From Candidatus Dormiibacterota bacterium (GTDB taxonomy: Bacteria > Chloroflexota > Dormibacteria > Aeolococcales > Aeolococcaceae), in the NCBI GenBank assembly GCA_036521195.1, contig DATDID010000039.1, forward strand, positions 76,241 to 140,240: a stretch of 64,000 bases of DNA. Direction: 5' to 3'. The notes beneath the pieces were generated by a model. The model searched no databases and was not told the origin of the DNA. It was given only the letters and a program-made list of their open reading frames with translations. Shown piece by piece: positions 45,107 to 54,455 of this stretch. The position numbers were made by a program, and so were the translations under genes. Positions within the stretch are counted from its first letter, which is position 1. Each line of letters starts with the position of its first letter.

Positions 45107-46291
45107 ATGGAGCCGCAGCCACCGAGCGCGCCGCCGCCGTGGCCGCCGTCACCACCGGAGCCGCCCCGCCTTGACGCCTGGACGCTCGCGCCTGTGTCCA
45201 CGCCGCCAGAGCCTGCCACGCGACGGCGGTGGCCGGTGGCGTCGCTCGTCATCGCGGTGCTGCTCGTGGCCATGGGCGGCGTGGCGCTCGGAGCCGCAGG
45301 GTCGACGGTATCGGCCACATCGAAAGCGGCGCAGCTCGAAGCCGCCGGCGATTTCGCGGCATCAATCGCGATTGACGAGGTGATCCAAGGCCGAACCGGA
45401 CCGCTCTTCATCCTTGACAGCTCCGCGGCTACGGGCGCTGCCACTGCCGAGGAACAGACGCTCATGGCGTGGGCCAAGTCGCTTGGTCGCTCAGGGCAGA
45501 TCGACGAGGCTGTCGTGCTGTATCGATCTGTCAGTGCGGGCGCACTGCGCTCGAAGGCGACGGCCGCCCTTGCGGCGCTCCTCTACACGGCATCGACGAG
45601 CGATGCCGCGCACGGGGCCTATCCCGCCGCCATCGCCCGGCTGGAGGAGATCATCGCGCTGGCGCCTCAGACCGCGACCGGGGCGCAGGTCCAGCGCCAG
45701 CTTCCGATCGACCAGGCAGGCGAGGCCCGAACGCTCATCGCGTCCGGCCACGCGGCGGATGCGGTCACGCTCCTCGACCAGGTGGTTGGTGAGGGATCCG
45801 CGCAAGCGACGCAGACCGCGGCATCGTTGTACCCGGCGGCACTCCTGATCGCCGGCCAGGAGGAGATCGCGCAGCTGTCGTATCGGGAGGCTGTTGCCGA
45901 CCTGCAGCGCCTCGTCGCCAAATACCCGGGCACCGCGCAGGCGTTGCAGGCGCAGGCGATCCTGACCGCACCGGTCTCCGTCTCCGGCACCTTGGTCGAG
46001 CGCACCGGTTCGCCCGAGTCCGGCCCCGTCCGGCTGAGCACGAACTACAAGGCCGAGCCCGGCGGGACCTACAAGACGAGTGGTCCGTTCATCACCGCGA
46101 CGGCCGACTCCTCCGGTGATTTCACCTTCGCGCACGTCCCGGTCGGCGGCCCGTACGTTCTGGAGTTCTTCGCGCAGGGCAACTGGACGACGCTGATCGA
46201 TCCAACCACCGGGCAGCCGTCGCACCCCGTCAAGGTCTCCGCGCTCGTCCCGGTCGATCTCACCTTCGTGGTTCTGCCGCCACCCTCCTGA
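45107..46291 (+). CDS. Membrane-anchored protein: Pro-rich N-terminus, one TM, Ala-rich helical (TPR-like) region, C-terminal beta-sandwich-like domain
   Basis: MEPQPPSAPPPWPPSPPEPP..., TM VASLVIAVLLVAMGGVALGAA. The C-terminus SGTLVERTGSPESGPVRLS...SGDFTFAHVPVGGPYVLEFF resembles CarboxypepD_reg-like folds. The 261-aa N-terminal extension of the track ORF is antisense to hutH. Confidence 0.6.
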   Translation: MEPQPPSAPPPWPPSPPEPPRLDAWTLAPVSTPPEPATRRRWPVASLVIAVLLVAMGGVALGAAGSTVSATSKAAQLEAAGDFAASIAIDEVIQGRTGPLFILDSSAATGAATAEEQTLMAWAKSLGRSGQIDEAVVLYRSVSAGALRSKATAALAALLYTASTSDAAHGAYPAAIARLEEIIALAPQTATGAQVQRQLPIDQAGEARTLIASGHAADAVTLLDQVVGEGSAQATQTAASLYPAALLIAGQEEIAQLSYREAVADLQRLVAKYPGTAQALQAQAILTAPVSVSGTLVERTGSPESGPVRLSTNYKAEPGGTYKTSGPFITATADSSGDFTFAHVPVGGPYVLEFFAQGNWTTLIDPTTGQPSHPVKVSALVPVDLTFVVLPPPS

Positions 46292-46361
46292 GCTCTGGTT
46301 CAGGCAGGCAAGCCGCCCCTTTGTCCTGTGAACGGGCGCCCAGCACGGCTACGATGGGTTC

Positions 46362-46991
46362 ATGGGAGGGGAGATCGAGGGTGGAGTGCGTCCTCGACGC
46401 ATGCCCCGGGCAGGTCGCCGAGCCCAGGCAACCCTCGAGTTCGCGGTCGTCGTGCCGCTCTTTCTGCTCTGCCTGATCGGCGCCATCGACGCCGGGCTCT
46501 GGGCAGTGCAGACATCCGCCGAGGTGTCCGCCGTGGAACAGGCCGCGACGGTCGCCGCCTCTGCCGGCTCGAACCCGGCGGCACAGACGGCCCCCGACGC
46601 CAGGGCGGTCACCGCTGCCGTCTCGGGTGAGCTCCGAGCAGCCCTGTTCGGGACGAGCATCGCCGGCTGGTGCGGTCCGGCCGCGGCGGGCGCGTGTCAG
46701 CCGGACGTGACGGCGAGCTGCCCGGTGACACCCGAAGCCGTTCAGGAGGCGATGGGACCACGGGTTGTTGTGGTCTGCGTCACGGAGCAGGACCCGCCCA
46801 CGTGCGTCGCTCCGCCGCAGGGGGTGCCGGCGCCCTTTCCTCCGAAGTGCAAGGACTCGCCGCTGATCACTGTGCGGGTGATCGGATTCATCGCGTCGTT
46901 CGTGCCCCCCGGGTTCGGACCGGGCGCGACAGGTTTCGAGCTCCCCACGAATGTCTCGGCCACCACGCACACGTTGCGGTTCGCACCATGA
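46362..46991 (+). CDS. TadE-like pseudopilin family protein
   Basis: AQATLEFAVVVPLFLLCLIGAIDAGLW is the TadE N-terminal motif. 7 Cys. The alternative start is ATG 46401. Confidence 0.75.
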   Translation: MGGEIEGGVRPRRMPRAGRRAQATLEFAVVVPLFLLCLIGAIDAGLWAVQTSAEVSAVEQAATVAASAGSNPAAQTAPDARAVTAAVSGELRAALFGTSIAGWCGPAAAGACQPDVTASCPVTPEAVQEAMGPRVVVVCVTEQDPPTCVAPPQGVPAPFPPKCKDSPLITVRVIGFIASFVPPGFGPGATGFELPTNVSATTHTLRFAP

Positions 46992-47620
46992 CCCGGCGCG
47001 GGCGTCGCGGTGACGACGCTCAGGCCGTCCTCGAGACCGCACTCATCCTGCCGATCCTCCTGTTCCTCGTCTGCAACTTCATCGGCGTGATGGTGCAGGT
47101 CACCGTGCAGGAGCAGCTCAACGCAGCGACAGCGCTTGCGGCGCAATCGCGTTTCCAGGCGCCGAACAACGCCGTGGATCCGTCGGGGACGCGCTGCTGT
47201 GGTGCCGGCGGTTCGCAGCTGAGCACCGCCGGACTCCCGACTGGGTGCCGCTACGCCGCGGAGACCTTCTACGGAACGATGACCACGTACACGGGGATGC
47301 TCGTGTGGCAGACGGCGCCACTCTGCGCATCCGGCGGTGACAGCGGCGATGGCGCGCATCCATCAGCCGCATCGCATGTGTATCCCGGCTCACCGTCGGA
47401 TGCCGACGTCTCGTGCGACATCGGGTCGACGAGTGTCGGGGGAGTCATCGTCCCCGGATACCTCGACCGTGCGCTGCAACCACCGAACGGTCTCACGGTG
47501 GTCATCTGCAGCGCGAGCACGCGTCTCGACTTCTCGAAGACGCCGCTGGCGTGGGGCATCTTCTGGAGTCCCAGCGTGCACGCACGGTCCGAAGCGCTGC
47601 CACCGCCGTTTCGTCAGTGA
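46988..47620 (+). CDS. TadE/TadF-like pseudopilin family protein
   Basis: AQAVLETALILPILLFLVCNFIG motif. 7 Cys. ATGA overlap with the upstream stop. Confidence 0.7.
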   Translation: MTRRGRRGDDAQAVLETALILPILLFLVCNFIGVMVQVTVQEQLNAATALAAQSRFQAPNNAVDPSGTRCCGAGGSQLSTAGLPTGCRYAAETFYGTMTTYTGMLVWQTAPLCASGGDSGDGAHPSAASHVYPGSPSDADVSCDIGSTSVGGVIVPGYLDRALQPPNGLTVVICSASTRLDFSKTPLAWGIFWSPSVHARSEALPPPFRQ

Positions 47621-48183
47621 CCGCCACGGCTACTGTCCGCCGCGCGCGTGAGCGCGGGCAGACGCTCATGGTCTTCGCGCTCGCGTTCTCGCTGTTTCTG
47701 TTCGGCCTCACCTGCCTGGTCGCCGACAGCGCGTATCTCTACGTGTGGTCGGGACGCGTCACGGCCGCCGCGCAGCTCGGCGCCCAGTCAGGTGCCGATG
47801 CCGTCGACCCCCGCTTCCTGTATGCGCATTCGCTGCAGGTCGTCGACATCAATCCCGAGGACATGCAGGGGACGCTCTACACATTCCAGCGCGCGTGCAT
47901 CCAGGCCGGCGATCAGTCAGCGCAGGTGCCTCGCGACTCCGCTGACATCCTCGTGTTGAAGACTCCCGGCGACACGCAGGCCCCAGATGGCACGGCATGC
48001 GCGAGCGATGGGTGTCAGGTGTATGCGGTTGTCTCGCGCGTGGTGCACCTCCCGATACCGTTGCCCGGTTTTCCGGACACCGTGACGGTGCGCGGCACCG
48101 GCTATGCCGCGGCAGTGGTGGGCACCGACCACGCGACGACGGTGTGCACCGGGATCACCTGGGTGCCCGCGCCGCCGCCCTGA
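47617..48183 (+). CDS. TadG-like (Tad/pilus-assembly N-terminal domain) protein
   Basis: ERGQTLMVFALAFSLFLFGLTCLVADSAYLY resembles the TadE/G-like PF13400 signature. GTGA overlap with the upstream stop. Confidence 0.65.
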   Translation: MTATATVRRARERGQTLMVFALAFSLFLFGLTCLVADSAYLYVWSGRVTAAAQLGAQSGADAVDPRFLYAHSLQVVDINPEDMQGTLYTFQRACIQAGDQSAQVPRDSADILVLKTPGDTQAPDGTACASDGCQVYAVVSRVVHLPIPLPGFPDTVTVRGTGYAAAVVGTDHATTVCTGITWVPAPPP

Positions 48184-48197
48184 CTTAAGCTCGGGCC

Positions 48198-49238
48198 GTG
48201 GTGATTCGTGAGCCGGCGCTGTGGCGCGACATCCCGGTGCGTGGCGAGGTGCTCGACGCGTCGACCCGCGGGCTGACCGGTATCGAAAGCCTACGACTGA
48301 TACGCGGGCGTCCACCGATGGGACGGCTCACCGGTGTCGATTTCGAGGGCGCGGACGAGGGCTCCGCTGATTTCAGCATGCCGGTAAGTGGCTGGTTCGA
48401 GTGGTCGAGCGCGGGAGTGATCGGTGGCGCACTCGCGCTGCCCACGGACGCCGCGCTCGGTTGCGCGCTCCAGTCGCTACAGCCCGCGCACACGCAGTAC
48501 ACGACCGCAGAGATGTCGATGACCTACGTCCGCCCCGCGCGCGTCGGGTCGGTGGTCACCGCGCATGGTCGATCGCTCTACGCGGGCCGAACCATGGGGC
48601 TCTCCGAAGCGCAGGTGGTCGACGACGAAGGCCGGTTGATCGCGCACGCGACGTCGCGGATGCGCATCTTCGGCGATCCGACGACGGGGGCTCCGAGCCG
48701 CGGCGGAACAGCCGCACCGCCGGATGCGATAGCCGCCGCGACGACGCCGGACGATGGCCCGGATCCATACCTCCGGCCGATCACCGGTGGCGCTGACGAC
48801 GCGACGGTGCGCAGCATGCGCGGCATCGACGTGGTCCGGGCGCAGATCCGCGGCGACCTGCCGCTGCCACCGCTGCACCATCTGCTCGGCATCACGCCGA
48901 CTGACGCGAGCGATGGAGCCGCGGCGTGCGCGCTGCCCCTGAGCGCGTGGCTCGCGACCCCCTTCGGGTGGCCGCAGGGCGGCTTCATCGTGCTGCTCGG
49001 CGACCTCGCACTCGCCCTTGCCGTGCAGACGACGCTCGCCTCCGGCGAGCGTATGGCATCAGTGGACATCAAGGTGAACTTCCTGCGGCCGGTGGCCGGT
49101 GACGGGAGCCTCATCGAGGCGCGCGCAAAGGTGGTGCACCGGGGCCGAAGCCTCGCCGTGAGCACCGCCGAGGTGGTCGGCGCCGACGGCCGAACCGTCG
49201 CTCTGGCGACCGGCTCAGCCGCCCTGTTCGGCACCTGA
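48198..49238 (+). CDS. Double hotdog-fold PaaI-family thioesterase
   Basis: Two tandem PaaI-like halves, each with GG..ALL.D.ALG....T...T..L.V.FLRP and a C-terminal HRGR..A motif: VIGGALALPTDAALGCA...MTYVRPA and GGFIVLLGDLALALA...VNFLRPV...HRGRSLAV. Confidence 0.75.
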   Translation: MVIREPALWRDIPVRGEVLDASTRGLTGIESLRLIRGRPPMGRLTGVDFEGADEGSADFSMPVSGWFEWSSAGVIGGALALPTDAALGCALQSLQPAHTQYTTAEMSMTYVRPARVGSVVTAHGRSLYAGRTMGLSEAQVVDDEGRLIAHATSRMRIFGDPTTGAPSRGGTAAPPDAIAAATTPDDGPDPYLRPITGGADDATVRSMRGIDVVRAQIRGDLPLPPLHHLLGITPTDASDGAAACALPLSAWLATPFGWPQGGFIVLLGDLALALAVQTTLASGERMASVDIKVNFLRPVAGDGSLIEARAKVVHRGRSLAVSTAEVVGADGRTVALATGSAALFGT

Positions 49239-49240
49239 CC

Positions 49241-50929
49241 TCAGGCGATCTCGCGCTCGCCGCCACCAATCCGCGGCGCGCGTGTCGCCGGTGCGGGCAA
49301 CCGAACACCGAGGTCTCGGGCGATCTGACGGCCGTCGGGGCTGCCCCACCCGCTTGCGAGGTCCCAGCCACGGCGAGCCGCGTACGGACCACCGGTATCT
49401 CCCGCCGTGACGTCGTTGAAGCCGCGCCCGCGGCGCGCGTACAAACTGGCATGCGGGAGCCCGATGCGATGCCCGAGCTGCGCTGACACCAGAGTCCAGA
49501 GCGCGGTGTACATCGGCGCGACCGCACTGGTACCGCCCGTCGACCGCAGACGGCGAAGCGCCACGACGTTCCAGCCCGTCAGCGGATCCGCGTTGCCCGA
49601 CCCGTCGGGAAGACCGCGACCCGGCGTTCCGCTGTCGGCTGATCGCGGCAGGATCCCGAGCGCGCCCTGGTAGGCGGGGACGGGAAATGCCCCGCTGACA
49701 CCGCTCCCCGCGGCTCCAGCACCGCGCGCGAGCTCGTTCCACACGGTCTCGGTCCGGATGCGTCCGCGGGCTGCCAGGAGCGTCGTTCCGCCGCACGCCC
49801 AGACGTGCGGGCTCGATGCCGGAAACTCCGGATGCTGATAGCCGTCCAGCTCGTCGTTGCTCGAACCCGCGTCGCCGGCTGCTGCGCTGAAAGTGACGCC
49901 GTGCAGCGCACCGGTGGCGAACGCCGAGTCGAGACCGCGGATCCCCTGGGGTGACCAGTTGTCCTCCGATGATCCCCAGCTGATCGACACGGCCGCCGGA
50001 TGCCGTCCGGAATCGCCTGCCGCGGTCGCCACCGCATCGATGAACCCGCGCTCGCTGTTGGGGGCGTTGTAGTTGACGATCGTCAGGTGGGCCTTCGGTG
50101 CCATTGCCGCGACCATCGCGCCGATCACCTGGTAGTCCAGGGCGACCTCGACGTCGGCGCCGCCTGGGTCTGGTGCCGGCACGGCGCCGTCGATCCAGAC
50201 GTTGGTGATGTCGGGCGCGGGAAGACCGAGCCGCGCAAACGATGCAGCGAGGTCGAAGGGATGGACGACACCGCCGAGCTCGATCATGCCCGCGACCAGT
50301 TCGAGACCCTCGCCGCCGTTGGGGAGGCGTGGGTAGTCGTAGAGGGCAGCGATCTCCGGCGGGTCGTACGCGAAGATGGCCGCGCGACCGTCCTCGAGCG
50401 AGCGCACGTGGGAGCGCGCGATCGGCCGGTCGTCGAGGCCGAAGACGCCGTCGATGAGACCGTGCACCTGCGGCGGCAGATGGATCGGACCCGAGTGGCC
50501 TCGGTACTCGACGAACTTGCCGTCGGATTGCTGCCAGCGAAATCGCTCGAGGTCGACGCCGAACGCAGCGCCGAGCACTGCGGTGCTGCCGCGCACCATG
50601 AGGCGCCTGGTCGCCGCCTCCTCGAACGTCACCTGCAGCCCGGCGGCCGTCGCCCATCGCACCACGCGGTCCCGGTCGGCAAGGTCGTATCCGTGTCGTG
50701 CCGTCAGCTGGTTGCGGTCCATGTGACGCGAGCGACCATCGGGCAACGACTGCAACCACGCGAGGCTCTGCGCCGTGGTCGGACCGGTGGGCCGCTCGCG
50801 CAGGAGCAACGTCACGCCCGCGTCTGCGTGCAGTTCTGCATCCGAGAGCCTGCGGAGACGCCGATGCCCGGCGCGCGTGCTGCCGGCGGGGTGGAATGCG
50901 CTGCCACGCAGCGCGATGGAATCGGGCAT
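49241..50929 (-). CDS. Peptidase S53 (sedolisin/kumamolisin-like) with pro-domain
   Basis: Pro-kumamolisin activation-like N-terminal half. The catalytic part has SAAAGDAGS and the nucleophile motif GGTSAVAPMYTAL. Confidence 0.8.
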   Translation of the reverse strand: MPDSIALRGSAFHPAGSTRAGHRRLRRLSDAELHADAGVTLLLRERPTGPTTAQSLAWLQSLPDGRSRHMDRNQLTARHGYDLADRDRVVRWATAAGLQVTFEEAATRRLMVRGSTAVLGAAFGVDLERFRWQQSDGKFVEYRGHSGPIHLPPQVHGLIDGVFGLDDRPIARSHVRSLEDGRAAIFAYDPPEIAALYDYPRLPNGGEGLELVAGMIELGGVVHPFDLAASFARLGLPAPDITNVWIDGAVPAPDPGGADVEVALDYQVIGAMVAAMAPKAHLTIVNYNAPNSERGFIDAVATAAGDSGRHPAAVSISWGSSEDNWSPQGIRGLDSAFATGALHGVTFSAAAGDAGSSNDELDGYQHPEFPASSPHVWACGGTTLLAARGRIRTETVWNELARGAGAAGSGVSGAFPVPAYQGALGILPRSADSGTPGRGLPDGSGNADPLTGWNVVALRRLRSTGGTSAVAPMYTALWTLVSAQLGHRIGLPHASLYARRGRGFNDVTAGDTGGPYAARRGWDLASGWGSPDGRQIARDLGVRLPAPATRAPRIGGGEREIA

Positions 50930-51057
50930 GGTCGTCCCCTTCTCGAGGACGCCGGGCGGGCGCCGCCGTTGCGGCAGCGCTGCATCCCGACGCGGAGCCG
51001 CCCATCATCGAATCGCGCGCCGGACACGCAGCGGACAGCGCACGCAGACTCCCCTTC

Positions 51058-51414
51058 ATGCCGCTGCGATGCGATTCGATCGTCATCGACTGCAACGATC
51101 CGCCGCTCGTCGCCGCATTCTGGAGCCGCGCGCTCGAGCTCGAGTTGCACGGGCCGAATGAGGAAGACGAGCTGTGGCTGGAGCTTGGCGACGGCTGTCC
51201 GGGCATCCTGTTCGGCCATGTCCCAGAGGTCAAAACGGTGAAGGACCGCATTCATCTCGACCTTCGCCCCGATGACCAGAGCGCCCAGGTGAAGCGACTT
51301 ATCGCGCTCGGGGCGCGACGCGTCGACGTCGGTCAGGGAGACGTGACCTGGGTGGTGTTGGCCGATCCGGAGGGCAACGAGTTCTGCGTGCTCCGGGCAC
51401 GGTCGGACGGCTGA
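51058..51414 (+). CDS. VOC/glyoxalase-like domain protein
   Basis: IVIDCNDPPLVAAFWSRAL...RIHLDL...VVLADPEGNEFCVL is typical of the Glyoxalase_6-type family. Internal ATG is chosen. Confidence 0.75.
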   Translation: MPLRCDSIVIDCNDPPLVAAFWSRALELELHGPNEEDELWLELGDGCPGILFGHVPEVKTVKDRIHLDLRPDDQSAQVKRLIALGARRVDVGQGDVTWVVLADPEGNEFCVLRARSDG

Positions 51415-51426
51415 CCCGGCCGCTGC

Positions 51427-53388
51427 TCAGTGTGGTGTGCGGACACCCTCCAGAGCTGCGATCGCGCTCTGATTCTCGAGCGACGAGAGGTCGCCGGGGT
51501 CGTTGCCGAGATACACGGAACGCACGACCCGGCGCAGGACTTTCGCATTGCGTGTTTTGGGCAGTTCTGACACGATCTCAACTGCGTGCGGCGCCAGCGC
51601 CTTGCCCATCTCGTCCGTGACGCAGCGGGCGAGGGCGGTGCGGAGCTCAGGGGAGTCGGTGACTCCCGGCTTGAGCACGACGAAGACGACGAGCGCCTCG
51701 CCCTTGAGGGGATCGGGCACGCCGATCGCCGCTGCTTCCGCCACCGCATTGTGCGCGACCAGTGCCGACTCGACTTCGGCCGGTCCGAGGCGCTTGCCTG
51801 CGACCTTGATCGTGTCGTCGCTGCGTCCGCGGATGTACCAGAGCCCATCGGCGTCCACCTCGACCCAGTCGCCGTGCACCCAGATGTCGGGCCAGCGCGA
51901 CCAGTACGTGTCGAGGTAGCGCTCGCGGTCCTGCCAGAAGCCCTGCGTCATGCCCGGCCACGGGGCGCGGATCACCAGCTCTCCCACACGATCGCGGATG
52001 CTCAGGCCGTTCTCGTCGACGATGTCGGCGGCCATGCCGGCACACGGTGCCGCGAACGCGCACGGATGTAGCGGCGTGAGCATGTTGCCGGCGAGGATCC
52101 CGCCGGAGATCTCCGTCCCGCCCGAGTAGTTGATGACCGGGAGGCGTCCCCCGCCCACCTTCTGCTGGTACCAGAGCCACGGATCCGTGTTCCACGGTTC
52201 GCCCGTGGAGCCGAGGATGCGCAGCGATGACAGGTCGTGCGCCAGCACCGGCTCATCGCCGCTGCGCATCAACGCGCGAATCACCGTCGGCGCGATGCCG
52301 AGCACCGTGACGCGATGCCGCTCGACCACCGACCAGAGACGGTCCGGTCCCGGATGGTCCGGCACCCCATCGAAGAGCACGAGCGTTGCGCCGATGCTCA
52401 GCGCGCCGCAGATCGCCCACGGGCCCATCATCCAGCCGATATCGGTGAACCAGAGCATCCGATCCTGCTCTCCGACGTCAAAGCAGTGCGCCATGTCCTG
52501 CGTCGCTTTGACGGGGAACCCGCCGTGGACATGCACCGTGCCTTTCGGCCTGCCTGTCGTGCCACTCGTGTAGATGATCATCAGCACCGAGTCAGCACCG
52601 GTGTCGGCGATGGGCGGCGCCGCGTCGAAGTCAGCCGGCATCGCCACGAAGCGGACATCGCGCCCCGGTTGCATCGAGACCTCGTCATCGCCGATGTACG
52701 GCACGACCAGGATGTGGCGCAGGGACGGCAGTTGCGCGGCAACCTCGTCGGCTACCGCCTTCATGCGCACGATCCCGCCGCGACGCTTGAATCCGTCAAC
52801 AATGACTAGAACCTTCGCATTGCAGTCCTGCAGCCGTGAGACGATGGCGCCCGCGCCGTAGCCGCTGAAAAGCGGGACCACGATCGCACCCAGCCAGGCG
52901 CACGCCAGGAAGACCGCGACCGTCTCCGGGACCATCGGCATGCAGAGGCCGACGCTGTCACCGGCGCCGACACCGAGCCCCTGGAGGACCGACGCGGCGT
53001 ACGCGGTCTCGCGTTCCAGGTGCTCATACGTCCACTCCCGCACGGATCCGTCGTCACCCTCCGAGACGACGGCCATCCGCTGAGGTGCGCTCTGCGCCCA
53101 CCGCGTCACCGCGTTGTGCGCGAGGTTCAGCTTCCCCCCGACCCAGAAACGCGTCCACGGCAGGCCGTCCGACGTATCCATCGCGACGTCGAACCGGCGC
53201 GTCCACGCGACGCCGATGTCGTCCGCCATCGCCGCCCAGAAATGCTGCGGGTCCGCGAGCGCGAGGCGCGCCACGCCGTCGAGATCCACCGCTCCAAGGC
53301 TGTCGATGAAGTGGCGCAGGCGTGAGCCGCCGGCCTGCTCCGCCGTCGGCGTCCACGCGAATCGCGGGTCGGAACCGGTGCTCACCAC
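51427..53388 (-). CDS. AMP-forming acyl-CoA synthetase (acetate/acetoacetate-CoA ligase family)
   Basis: IIYTSGTTGRPKG AMP motif, YSGGTEISGG, WVHGDW, GRSDDTIKVAGKRLGPAEVE. GTG start. Confidence 0.85.
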   Translation of the reverse strand: MVSTGSDPRFAWTPTAEQAGGSRLRHFIDSLGAVDLDGVARLALADPQHFWAAMADDIGVAWTRRFDVAMDTSDGLPWTRFWVGGKLNLAHNAVTRWAQSAPQRMAVVSEGDDGSVREWTYEHLERETAYAASVLQGLGVGAGDSVGLCMPMVPETVAVFLACAWLGAIVVPLFSGYGAGAIVSRLQDCNAKVLVIVDGFKRRGGIVRMKAVADEVAAQLPSLRHILVVPYIGDDEVSMQPGRDVRFVAMPADFDAAPPIADTGADSVLMIIYTSGTTGRPKGTVHVHGGFPVKATQDMAHCFDVGEQDRMLWFTDIGWMMGPWAICGALSIGATLVLFDGVPDHPGPDRLWSVVERHRVTVLGIAPTVIRALMRSGDEPVLAHDLSSLRILGSTGEPWNTDPWLWYQQKVGGGRLPVINYSGGTEISGGILAGNMLTPLHPCAFAAPCAGMAADIVDENGLSIRDRVGELVIRAPWPGMTQGFWQDRERYLDTYWSRWPDIWVHGDWVEVDADGLWYIRGRSDDTIKVAGKRLGPAEVESALVAHNAVAEAAAIGVPDPLKGEALVVFVVLKPGVTDSPELRTALARCVTDEMGKALAPHAVEIVSELPKTRNAKVLRRVVRSVYLGNDPGDLSSLENQSAIAALEGVRTPH

Positions 53389-53408
53389 GGCGTGACCATA
53401 GCGCGTGG

Positions 53409-54392
53409 TCAGCGATCGATCGCGGACATATCCCAGTGGCGGTCACCCTGCACCTCGCTCGGCCGGACCACCTCGTCGACGCGCTCGATGTCGCTCGCCT
53501 CCAGGGGCACGTCCGCGGCGGCGGCATTCTCGTCGACACGGCTGCGGTGCTTCGTACCCGGTATCGGGACGATGTTCGTGCCGCGGTGCAGCACCCATGC
53601 CAGCGCGAGCTGCGCCGCGGTGAGGCCACGCTCGGCGGCGAGTGTCGAGAGACGGTTCGTGATTTCCAGGTTGGCGGCGAGATTGCCATCGGCGAAGCGC
53701 GGGAAGCTCTTGCGCCGGATGTCGCCGTCCGGAAGCGTGCCCGCGTTGACGCTGCCGGTGAGGATGCCGCGACCGAGCGGGCTGTATGCGACGAAGCCGA
53801 TGCCCAGCTCGCGAGTCGCCGGCAGCACGCTCTCCTCGACGTCGCGTGTGAACAGCGAGTATTCCGACTGCACGGCGGAGATCGGATGCACCGCATGCGC
53901 TCTGCGGATGGTGGCTGCGCCGGCCTCGCTGAGGCCGATGTACCGCACCTTGCCCGCCGCAACCAGTTCCGCCATCGCGCCGACGGTCTCCTCGATCGGC
54001 ACCGATCGATCGAGGCGGTGCTGGTAGTAGAGGTCGATGGTGTCGATGTCGAGCCGACGGAGCGAGGCGTCGCATGCGCTGCGCACGTAATCGGGTCTGC
54101 CGTTGATGGTCTGGCCGCCGGCACCACGCACCAGGCCGAACTTGGTGGCGACAACGAATTGATCGCGCCGGCCGGTCAGCGCCCGCCCCACGAGCTCCTC
54201 GTTGGTGAACGGCCCGTACATGTCGGCCGTGTCGAGCAGCGTGATGCCCAGCTCCGCGGCGCGATCGATGGCAGAGATCGCTTCGCTCTCGTTGCGCTCC
54301 TCGGCGGTCCCGTAGAAGTCGGACATGCCCATGCAGCCAAGCCCGATGACCGAGACCTCGAGCCCTTGTGCCCCCAGCGTTCGATGCTCCAC
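53409..54392 (-). CDS. Aldo/keto reductase
   Basis: [36 protein letters not shown] at 54392 is preceded by AGGAGGAGG with a 5-nt spacer. Confidence 0.9.
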   Translation of the reverse strand: MEHRTLGAQGLEVSVIGLGCMGMSDFYGTAEERNESEAISAIDRAAELGITLLDTADMYGPFTNEELVGRALTGRRDQFVVATKFGLVRGAGGQTINGRPDYVRSACDASLRRLDIDTIDLYYQHRLDRSVPIEETVGAMAELVAAGKVRYIGLSEAGAATIRRAHAVHPISAVQSEYSLFTRDVEESVLPATRELGIGFVAYSPLGRGILTGSVNAGTLPDGDIRRKSFPRFADGNLAANLEITNRLSTLAAERGLTAAQLALAWVLHRGTNIVPIPGTKHRSRVDENAAAADVPLEASDIERVDEVVRPSEVQGDRHWDMSAIDR

Positions 54393-54455
54393 GTCAGCCT
54401 CCTCCTGCGTCGGTGCAGTCACCGGCACCGGAAAGGATGAGGCGAAGCGGCACTT

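Noticed and set aside
45022-46361. Search for an flp-type prepilin gene next to the Tad-like triad
   Set aside because: The only non-coding gaps here (45022-45106 and 46292-46361) are too short for a 50-70 aa prepilin. I saw no small ORF with a G/xxxxEY motif.
49215-51251. 678-aa - strand ORF and 413-aa + strand ORF (50000..51241) overlapping the sedolisin gene
   Set aside because: These are alternative frames of the S53 peptidase locus. Only the 49241..50929 frame shows the pro-domain and the GGTSAVAP catalytic motif.
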